This document shows, one piece after another, positions 1 to 9,800 of a stretch of 20,000 bases of DNA. The DNA lies in IMG/VR virus record IMGVR_UViG_3300033406_000004; one strand, written 5' to 3'. Source of the DNA: an uncultured virus (IMG/VR IMGVR_UViG_3300033406_000004). Lineage: Duplodnaviria; Heunggongvirae; Uroviricota; Caudoviricetes. The position numbers and the translations under genes are program-made. The first letter of the stretch is position 1. Every line of letters begins with the position of its first letter. The notes under the pieces are model-generated. The model was given only the letters and a program-made list of their open reading frames with translations, was not told the DNA's origin and made no database searches.

Positions 1-1731
1 ATAAAACACGACTTTGAGTTCTGGGCTTTCATGCTTGCCGTGATAGCAGCCAAAGGAGAAGGGCGTGACGTTCCTTTTACCCTTAACAGAGCGCAACGAT
101 ATTATTTAAAAGAATTAGAAGAACTAAGATTGGCCCAAGTGCCGATAGACATCATATTGTGTAAGGCCCGACAATGGGGAGGCTCAACACTCACACAGCT
201 TTATATGCTGTGGATACAGCTATGCCACAAGAGAAACTGGAACTCCGTCATTTGCGGAGACGTTCAGACGCAAGCCTCTGTCGTGGCCGGCATGCTTTCA
301 AAAGTTCTTAGAAACTACAAGGATTGGGCCACGGACGGAGTTAAGCTGAAATCAAGACCATTCGAAGGTTCCCAGAGCACAAGAATAATTGATTACTCTC
401 AATGTATTTACTCTCTGGGGTCCGCTCAAAAGCCTGAATCCCTGCGAAGTCAGGACGTTTCCATGGCTCACTTATCAGAGGTGGGTATATGGAAAGAAAC
501 CAAAGGTAAGAAACCCGAAGATCTCGTTCAGGCCATATTCGGATCTATATTATCCGCTCCCTACACCATGAAAGTTTTGGAATCCACGGCAAAAGGTGTG
601 GGTAACTACTTCCATCGCACATGGCTTGATGCGGTGCAGCACAAAAACAACTTCAAGGCCGTCTTTGTGCCGTGGTTCATGATCGATATCTACTCTAAAA
701 AACTGGATACCAAGAAATATTGCGATTTCATTGCCACAATGAACGAGTATGAGCATTGGTTATTCCGGTTGGGAGCCACGCTAGAGGCCATAAACTGGTA
801 CAGGGGAAAACAAAAAGAGATAAAGGATACCTGGCGCATGTGCTCTGAATATCCTTCAACGGCAAATGAAGCTTTCCAAAGTACGGGTAAACGTATATTT
901 CCGATGCAATACGTGGAAAACGCCCGGCGTACATGCATCGATCCATGTTTCTACGGGGAGTTTGTGGGGAAAGCGGATAAAGGCAAAGATGCCTTTGAAA
1001 ATCTACGTTTTGAACACCTGTCATCACACGAAAAGAAAGAAGATAACTGTCTATGGGTATGGGTTATGCCCGATCTGTCAACTAACTATAGGGACAGATA
1101 TGTCGTGTCAGTGGATGTCGGAGGTGTTTCAGACAGCTCAGATCCATCCGTAATAAAAGTGGCGGACAGGCTTCCGATGTTGGAGGTTGAAGGATTACCT
1201 GAAGTGGTGGCCGAATGGCATGGCCACATTGAACACGATTTGTTGATCTGGAAAGCGGCTCAGATAGCTCGAGCTTACGGGAACGCCCTACTCGTGATTG
1301 AAAGTAACACGCTGGAAACGGACGGCACGGAAGGAGATAATTCCGAATATATATTAGAAGAGATCAGAGGGTTCTATGATAATCTATATTCGCGAACATC
1401 TCCGGAGCAAATAAAAAAAGGAATGCCCACCAAATACGGATTCCACACAAATACGAAAACGAAGCCGGCGGTTATCGGATTCCTGAAATCTGCCATGCGG
1501 GATTGTTTATACATAGAGAGAAGTCGCCGGACCACGTTCGAGTTTGACCTTTACGAGCTCAAGGAAAACGGTACGGAGATGGGAGCCGTGGAAGGCAATC
1601 ATGATGACCTTGTCATGGCTACAGCGATAATGATATACGTATGTTATAAATGGGCTCTGCCGACTTTGATAAAAGCCATGACGGAGAAAGAAAAAAGACG
1701 AACCAGAATAGTGAGTGAAGCATCTATGTAA
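1..1731 (+). CDS. terL: Phage terminase large subunit (5'-truncated by window edge)
   Basis: Frame is open from base 1 (IKHDFEFWAF-M). Motifs: Walker A-like KARQWGGST, Walker B-like AHLSE, coupling motif ESTA, RNase H-like nuclease VSVDVGG, IESN and HDDLVMA. Confidence 0.93.
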   Translation: MKHDFEFWAFMLAVIAAKGEGRDVPFTLNRAQRYYLKELEELRLAQVPIDIILCKARQWGGSTLTQLYMLWIQLCHKRNWNSVICGDVQTQASVVAGMLSKVLRNYKDWATDGVKLKSRPFEGSQSTRIIDYSQCIYSLGSAQKPESLRSQDVSMAHLSEVGIWKETKGKKPEDLVQAIFGSILSAPYTMKVLESTAKGVGNYFHRTWLDAVQHKNNFKAVFVPWFMIDIYSKKLDTKKYCDFIATMNEYEHWLFRLGATLEAINWYRGKQKEIKDTWRMCSEYPSTANEAFQSTGKRIFPMQYVENARRTCIDPCFYGEFVGKADKGKDAFENLRFEHLSSHEKKEDNCLWVWVMPDLSTNYRDRYVVSVDVGGVSDSSDPSVIKVADRLPMLEVEGLPEVVAEWHGHIEHDLLIWKAAQIARAYGNALLVIESNTLETDGTEGDNSEYILEEIRGFYDNLYSRTSPEQIKKGMPTKYGFHTNTKTKPAVIGFLKSAMRDCLYIERSRRTTFEFDLYELKENGTEMGAVEGNHDDLVMATAIMIYVCYKWALPTLIKAMTEKEKRRTRIVSEASM

Positions 1732-1758
1732 AAGAAAAGGGGATTAACCCCCTTTCTT
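1732..1758. terminator. Probable bidirectional intrinsic terminator between convergent terL and portal
   Basis: AAGAAAAGGGG-ATTAA-CCCCCTTTCTT inverted repeat. The single mismatch is a G.U pair on the minus strand, where the stem is followed by U residues. Confidence 0.75.
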
Positions 1759-3763
1759 ATGCCGCTTTTTTAACCACACCATCATTCTTTCCTGCCATAG
1801 AATCATCATTCATAAGCTGAGATAAATGCTGATTGCCTGACTGCTGTTCCACTTGTTGCATCAATGCCGGATCAATCCCCTGAAATGCCAATTGCTGCTG
1901 TTGGGCCTGAGCTTCCTGTGCGGCCTGCTCATCTCTTTTTATTGATTCTAGAATCTTGCCTGAAAAGGCATAAGATGAATTCTCGAGCAATGTTTTTACC
2001 CCTATGGCATTAGACTCGAACAGCTTCATCAGGAATTCATTCTCCAACATCTGGAAAGACGGGGTATTGGGACCGTCTATGATCTGCAGGTCTATGATCG
2101 CATTTTGGACCTTATCCGGATCGTAATACTTAGATTCGTTAGAGTAATCCCTGCCGGCGATATCAAGATATCTGGCAGACTTATAATACTGCTGAATGGT
2201 TTGCACCAGTTTATAATCCCTCCTTCTCCTGAATGCCCGAAACGAATCAAGCAATCCCTTTAAGTTCAGGGATGAATTCTGTACTTGTTGCGCATACAGG
2301 CTGGCTGCCGTGCCCGAAGGAGCCTGCTTGCCCTGCATGGCACCGTTAACGCCTGCTATATCATTGATAAGCTTCAATTGGAGGTTAAGCAATTCATAAT
2401 CACCGGCCGTATTAGCGGATGAATTACATTGCTGAACCACATCCTGAACACGCTTGCCGTCTTTGGGCTTAACAAATATGACTCCGTTATACCTGACATA
2501 TTCATCCACTATTTCCTCCCGATTCATGCTTTCAAACGCACTCTCATCAACGATAATGACACCTTTTGAGGATGCTCCCCGAATAAAGTCGATTAAGGTC
2601 ATTGTGCGATTGATAGCTCTTTGTTGATCTATAAAATCTTCCACGAAGTTGAAAACCCTTCCCTGAACCATCGGATACGCATGAAAAACATAATTATGCT
2701 CTTCATGCCAATAGGGACTTCTGCCTTCCTGCAGCACGTCGCCCCATGGTGTCATGTAACGGTAATACCAATAAAGCTCATTGGAATATTTGTACTCTAT
2801 AAGAAGCACGTCTTCGGGAAGAACACCATTAGCCTGAGCCTCGGCCAGTCTCCTATCGTTCTCAAGATCAAGAGCACGCTTATTCTTGAGATCTTCAAAA
2901 AACCATTTTCCATTCAAAAGATCATGGCAATAATATGCTTCTCTGGTTTCCTGCTTCCACCCGAAAATAACCCGTCGGAGATCCGGACGTGACGGACTGT
3001 AGAAAGTCATGTTCTTATTTTCTTCTCCCTGCAGCCCGTCATAGGAAGCATATAAAGACGTGTATCTTTCATTGCCGTATATCTCTTCTATCCATGCCTT
3101 ATCTTCCGGAGATTTGGCGAAAAGAGAAACAATGTTGTCGATATGCATGTCGTACACTTCGCCAATAACATTCAAATCCCAACCTCTGACATCCTCTATG
3201 TTCGTATTAAAAAACATTCTGGCCGGATTAACGCCGAACACCCAAGCATCGTTGGTTCGTTTGGACGGATTGAAACCGTACTCTATTCTTTGCCCGATAA
3301 AGCCCCCTAAAAGCAATAGGCGCAAGCTGTCAGCATCAAGCTCGTTTAATTCGTTGAGATCATGCACATATTCAAGGGCCAGACTGACCATTTCTCCAAG
3401 CTTGGTCTCCTTCTGATCCCTGACGGAACAAATGGTCTGGGTAACGTTGTTCCTGAACTGTCCGTCTATATTTTTGATAATCGGACTAATCATGTTGTTT
3501 TTAAGAGGAATTTTACCATTCTTCTTAATAAGCTCACCTTCCGTGATGATAGCGTCCGTCTCCGGATCGCGTATATAATCACCCCATTGATCTTCATATG
3601 CATACATGAGGCTTCTGCGCATCTTTTTACGTGCTGTTTCCAGAGAAGCCCAACACGCCGCACACTCTTCGAGGAATTCATGGGCCTCCCCCCTCTCCCG
3701 GGGAACGGCCTGCTTTTCTTTGGTTTTTAAAGGCTTTACGCCTCTATTCAGAAATTTATTCAT
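1757..3763 (-). CDS. Phage portal protein (P22 gp1-like)
   Basis: About 668 aa with DQW, PLKNNMISPIIKNIDGQ, FIDQQRAIN, INDIAGVNGAMQG and a Gln-rich C-terminal tail, adjacent to terL. ATG at 3763 is preferred over the TTG at 3781, which lies inside a promoter-like box. Confidence 0.85.
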   Translation of the reverse strand: MNKFLNRGVKPLKTKEKQAVPRERGEAHEFLEECAACWASLETARKKMRRSLMYAYEDQWGDYIRDPETDAIITEGELIKKNGKIPLKNNMISPIIKNIDGQFRNNVTQTICSVRDQKETKLGEMVSLALEYVHDLNELNELDADSLRLLLLGGFIGQRIEYGFNPSKRTNDAWVFGVNPARMFFNTNIEDVRGWDLNVIGEVYDMHIDNIVSLFAKSPEDKAWIEEIYGNERYTSLYASYDGLQGEENKNMTFYSPSRPDLRRVIFGWKQETREAYYCHDLLNGKWFFEDLKNKRALDLENDRRLAEAQANGVLPEDVLLIEYKYSNELYWYYRYMTPWGDVLQEGRSPYWHEEHNYVFHAYPMVQGRVFNFVEDFIDQQRAINRTMTLIDFIRGASSKGVIIVDESAFESMNREEIVDEYVRYNGVIFVKPKDGKRVQDVVQQCNSSANTAGDYELLNLQLKLINDIAGVNGAMQGKQAPSGTAASLYAQQVQNSSLNLKGLLDSFRAFRRRRDYKLVQTIQQYYKSARYLDIAGRDYSNESKYYDPDKVQNAIIDLQIIDGPNTPSFQMLENEFLMKLFESNAIGVKTLLENSSYAFSGKILESIKRDEQAAQEAQAQQQQLAFQGIDPALMQQVEQQSGNQHLSQLMNDDSMAGKNDGVVKKAA

Positions 3764-3778
3764 AGTTGCTCTTTTAAA

Positions 3779-3786
3779 CAAAAGTA
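3779..3786 (-). promoter_or_regulatory. Bacteroidetes -7 promoter box (TACTTTTG) upstream of portal
   Basis: Matches TAnnTTTG, 15 nt upstream of the portal ATG in the short intergenic gap. No clear -33 box. Confidence 0.5.
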
Positions 3787-3819
3787 TCAGTTAATGTTTC
3801 TACGTGCTTTGTTGAATTG

Positions 3820-6800
3820 CTATTTTTTATCCATTTGGTCAAGCTCGTCCAACATTTTAAATTTCATGTCGGCTATTTCGTTTTTGATCTTATCCGAAGA
3901 GCCTTCATCGGCCAATTGTAAAAGAGAAGCGATATCATCGATTTGATTTTTGTAGGCCTTGACAATCATCATACGACGCTCTTCTTCATCGCTTTTCTTT
4001 TCGATATAGCTATCGCCCAAATCGAACCCCTGCCTAAGTCCCCGTTTGTATTCCCGGTCCCGGCTCTGGCTTTCTTCGAGCAACTTCACATATTTCTGAT
4101 ACCTTTCATTTACGACGGAATTTGGCATGGCCGGATCGAATTGATAGCCAAACCTGTTAACCACAGGAATATCTTTCAGCGCCACATCTTCACCAACCAA
4201 TGGGCCGACAGTAGATTTTACCGTCTGCAGGATTGTTTTTCCTACGCCTCCCATATAAGAAAAGAACAAGTGTTCCACAGCCCCCGGATTGAGTAACGGA
4301 GAATCGGCCCATCCCTTTGTCGCAAAATCCCCACCTGTCATAGAATTGAGTGCCTGAGAAGACTTAACCAGCATTTGAGAAGTTCCTTTATAAACCTTCC
4401 TGTACTCAGGTATGTACGTATTATACTCGTTTTTCTTCACGATAGGTCTACCGGTAAATGATCTGTTAGTGATATAAGCGTCCACAAATGGTTTTATCGC
4501 ATCGGGAGTCAGATTCACAAAAGCGGCTCCAACCAAACCATTTTCACCTTTATCAGAACCCTCGATAAAATTTCGGGGACTGGCATCGAGTAGCTTGCCC
4601 AGAACATCGGCACCCACATTCCTGTCATTGTATTTTCCTCCGACGAATTGAGACAAGATATCTCCAACCCCGAAGAATGCGCGAAGTTCAATAGGAAGTG
4701 GAATTGTCACAAAGTTGTCTTCTCCGAAAAACGGGATAACAATATTGTTCTGCCTTATGTAATCAGGCAACTTATCGTAATCATCATCTCCACCCGAGAG
4801 TATGTTATACATCAATGGCATCATGGCCCCCAACATCATCCAAGAACCCATGGCGATAGATGTACGAACAGGATAGTTCTTGAATGTATGAGAGAAGTTA
4901 TACATGCCCTGTATGCCGGCATTCAAAAAGAAGTAGGACATATCAGCCAGCCAGTTGCCTCCGGCTCCGGATCCTTTTCTATTGAAGTTAACGGATAGCT
5001 CTTTTGCGTCCTTAACACTTCGAACGATGCTCCTTCCCTCTTCCCTGGAGGCTATGTATGCGGAGAATCTGGACATATCTTCCGCCCAGCGGTTACATCC
5101 GCTCAAACCTTTAGCGATGACATGGAATGCATCAGACATTTTCCCGGTCCCGTTGGCCTTATCGATCTCTCTCTTAATCTCTTTTTTATATTGCTCATAA
5201 GATGTCAATGCGACAAATCCTGTTTCTCCACCGTTAGAAAGAAATTCATCAAAGTATTTATCGTACTTGCCATCTCCCTCTTTTCCTGTAAGATATCGGG
5301 TTATAGTAGACGAAGCTTCAGGTATAGCCTTTATAAAAGCAAAATTATAAGAAGCATCCTCTCGAATGCCATTCATGGTCATGGCGTAAATCATATCCCT
5401 GCTTAGGTTGGAAAGAACGAAAGCCGGGTTACGGGTGGTGAAGTTTTGCGTCATGAATCGTTTAATATCACCCTGTGTCTTGACAAGCTTGTTATCAAAA
5501 GGCTTCACGTTATTAAGTCCATTCACAGCCTGAGCCACGCGGGGATCACCATTTATGTAGATCACTAAATCCTTCCCGTTCTCTTTGACTTTTATCGCAT
5601 GCTGATCAGCTTGCCACTTTTTAATTGGAACATCAAGAGATAGACCTTTGGTGACTTTCTTCGCCAGACCACTTTTCTCCAGTTCCTCCATTTGCTGATT
5701 AAATCTTTCCAGCGTATCCAAATCCTCTTCTCTGTTACCCGTAAGTTCCGGGACAACTTCCTGCCATACGTCTCCGTTATTCCTGTACCACACCGGAGCA
5801 ATCGTAGCCATATTGGTAGGATAGTTCCTGACCAGAGAAAGAAGATGCTGTTTCATCTCGTTTTTATTTCCGATAAATACGGCACTCTCGGCCATTGAGG
5901 CTATACTTGCCAACGGATCACCCGATTCACTCTTACGGCCATTTGCTTTCATAAGCGGGTTATTGACCACATCGTTTTCATCCTTGAAAAAATAGTCATA
6001 GAAGTCACCGGCGGTCTCTTCGCTCCATGCTCTCAGGGGAATATAGTATTTATACATTTCAGATATCTGCTTCTTGGTAGCTTTATCTATGCATCCTGAA
6101 CTCAATTGTTTGTTAAGGCTAAACGTGTTTGCCCTACGGACTGAATTCCACAAAGATTCCACATCTTTACTGTCGTGATCCTCTTCAAATTCTTCAATGA
6201 ATAGGACGATCTCGTCTTCAAGAAGAGGATCGGTTTCCTCCTGTTTGAATAATCTATGTTGAAGGCCGGTCAATCCGGCATAATCAACGCTTTGTTGTTT
6301 AATGGCGTAGTTGGACAGGTTTTTTATGGCTGCTTTCTTTGCTGTTTCGACAGTCTGATCAATTTTCTTCTGAAATTTATCAATATCAGCTTGGGTGGTA
6401 CCTTTCTTCGATCTCAAAGACATCAGATCTTGTTGCAGTCCGTTCGCTATGCCAAGAACATGCTCATCCATCTGCTTTTGTTTGCGCTCGATAGCGGCAT
6501 TACGCATGTGCAGGTTTCTCTCTATACCATGTTTTGCCTTCATGTAAGACTTGACCAATTCCGCATCACCCAGCTTTACGACGGCATTCACCAGAGGTTT
6601 AAGATAATCGTTCTTAAATTGTTCGATCTCATAAGTAGAGCGGGAAGCAATGGTGTTCTCGTTCGTGTAAGCATCGCAAAACTCTTCTATCTTTCTGCCC
6701 GTATGTCCGGATACCAATTCCTGAAACCGGCGAAGAGGTAACATCCTGTCTTGCCATCCTTCCCTAAACCTGTCATTCCTCAGTTTTGCGGAAAAATCCT

Positions 6801-9800
6801 TTTTCTCTTCATCCGTGAGCTCCACGGCTTCTTCGGCAATCTTTATCTGGTCCCCTATATTCTCCTTTGATAATGTGTTTGAATCAATTACGGGAGGTTT
6901 CTTCTCTTCATCGGGTATTTCCCTGAATAGTTTATCCCGTATATCCAGATCGCGCATCTTTTTGTCTATGCGCTCTTCGATGGTACCGTTTTCCAAATTA
7001 TTCCTGCTTCTCCAAAGAAGATACTTAATGTCATTGTCTGACATTTCAAGTTCTATGCCCGCCTTACGGAAGAGTTCTTTTATTGCGCTGATTACTTTGT
7101 TCCAGATGGAAGGATCAGTTCCCGATTCGGCTTGTTCAGCCAGATATTCTTCGGTAGCGGTTGCGATATCATAATTGTATTTACTGATCGCCTGTTCAGA
7201 GACATGCTTTTTGATATCATCCGGAAGAGATTTAAATATATCATCTATGGTATCATCGAACTTATCACCAAATAATCCCCTTAATCCCTTATGGCCTGCT
7301 ATCTCATGCAACATCGTACGCTGCGCATCAGCAACGCTCGTAGCATTGGGGAGTACGATAACGATCTCACCTGTTTTGGGATCAAACCAGCCTTTAGAAG
7401 TCTTTTTGCGAAGTTGCAGGGACGCATTGTCATCTGTTATCTCATTCATATCCTTTATGAGCCGAACAGGGGTATTCAATTTATCAGATAGCTCCGATAC
7501 GGATTTGGAAATGGCCTCCTGCTCTTTACTTTCCGGTTTGGAAGTGAGGTCCCTTAAAAGATCATTCAGCGAATCCGCACTCCTATGGTAAAGAGCCTTG
7601 TAGTCTTGATTGCTGACGCCTCCATTTTTATCAAGTTTCTTGTAATATTCCGTTTGATCGTTAAGCCTGTCTATGAACCCTTGGATATATTCCTTTGCGG
7701 CATCGGTTGCGTCTTCTTTCAGAGCGTTAAGTGTGTTTATGAGGGTAGAAGCCTCTAGCTCGAAATCTGTAACAAAGGAATTTGGAGTATATTCACTCTT
7801 ACCGCTTTCTTGAGAATATTTAAAATCCGGCTTTCTTCCATTTATATTTCTACCAAATGAGGCCGATAAACGGTAAACCCGATTAGCCACATTATCCATG
7901 GTTGTTTCAGAGCCACGATAACGAATGTCCGTATTATCATTGAGGTTTGAGTCTTTGCCATTAGGAGCTTTCATAAACGAGCCGTCGGCTACAGCTTTAT
8001 CCTTTATTTCTTCAAGTTCATCGGTTTCACGGAATAAAGGAGCATTAGAATTACTTTCTTGATCGGTTGTAATAGCTGCGGCCTCAATCTTTCTATAATC
8101 CGCAAATGGCTTTTCTTTTTTAGTGTCAGTAGACAACCATTTGTCAAACACATCTTTTGAAACACCGGTAATATTTCCTAGGCCGGTCCACCCTTTTTCA
8201 TAGTTCGCGAGGTAGGCATCACGGGCCTCTTGCTCGGAATTGAAACCATACATTACCTTATGTTCATCAAAGGAACCATCAGGATTAACCTGATCCACAA
8301 CATAAACTGTTTCAGGATTAAGATTCTCGCCTAAGAACACGTCTATATGATCACCGTCTTTCCCTTTTGTACCACGAAAATAGCCATAGCTATTATTCAT
8401 TTTAATACTCCAAGGGGTACCTGAATTGTCAATGCCTTTGCGCTCGCTTCCCTTAGGATTTTCAATAGTCACGTCGTATCCTCCGATTTTCACGTGTCCC
8501 ATCTTATAGTTCCCTGCTTCTTTCTGGGCTTCGGAAGGATTGGCATCTACCTTCTGTTCTTCGTCGGATAGTTCTTTAGCTTTTACTATACGAGAAGCAT
8601 AATCGAGTATCGACTCATCTGTCTTTATTTCAGGAGCGACAAAATTCGGTTTTTCCGATTTATCTTCATTACTTTCCTGAGGAAGAGGAGAAACTATTTC
8701 ATCTTCTCGATTTTCGCTTTCTGCTTCTCTATCAGACTCTTCAGAGCCATCTGTTCTATTTCGTTCTTGCTCTCCTTCAAGTCTTTCTCCATCTTTCGAA
8801 GCGTCATTATCTCCGCTATCTTCACCTTGTCCATCTTCTTCTTTATTTAATTGTGAATAAATCTCATTAATTTCATCTATGCTCATGCCTTCATAAAGCA
8901 TCTCAGCATACTCGGCAGCTTCAAATTCGTCTCTCATGGATGACAAGGCCTGCATTTGCTCATCATCCAAGAAATCTATGTAAGATTGAGTCTGTCGCTC
9001 GTAGGCAGGTATCATGTCGCTTTCTACAGCATCAGAGAAAGCTTTCTTCTGAGCTTCAGTCTCAATCATATGATTGGCTTTCTTATACTCAAGATACAAC
9101 TTACCTGTATTGGATTCAGGACCACCTACAGAGAAACCCATTTCGGCAGAAGCAATCTCGCTAAACCTACCCGATAATTTCTTCTGTAAGTCAGAAGTTG
9201 TACGCACATAATTAGTCGGATTACTAAGCATGAAGTCAACAATTTCATTCTCTGTCACTTCATTGCCGAAGCCGCTTAATTCCTGTGCTAAGGTATCAAG
9301 TTCTTCACCGTCTTTTCTCAACCACGCCTTAGCAAAGGTACCATTTATTTTATTTCGGTCTCCAAAACGATTGAATGAATTAGTATTCATTTTTCTTCCT
9401 AATAGCTCACGTTGCCATGGAAGAAGGATGTTTTCGTGACTGGATTGTTCCTTAGCCACGCCATAAGCTCCGGCCAGCTCAATCGGATCATCCGAATTGT
9501 CGGCAGCCCAATCGGCGTATTCCTCATCGGTGGCTATATCATGAGGAGCCTCATTCTCTTTTTGTGGAGACAACAAACTTTTGATGCTTTCCAATCTGGA
9601 CAGCTCTTGGTTGATACGTTTCTTTGTACGTGCCTTCTCTATGGCATTACCCTTTTTCTCCGCATGGGAAAGTTGCTTTTGTTGGTTGGCAATGTCTTCT
9701 TCCACAATAGAGAGAGCATCTTCTCCGAATTCCTTCTTAAGTGCTTTAGCGTACACGGCAGGATCGCTTACCTGCTTATAATCTACATTTCCTTCCTTAT

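Noticed and set aside
5592..5801. 69-aa same-strand alternative-frame ORF in the giant gene
   Set aside because: Non-ATG start and a W/R/K-rich composition typical of a frame-shifted read. The main frame there looks like conserved ordered protein, unlike the 8694..8834 case.
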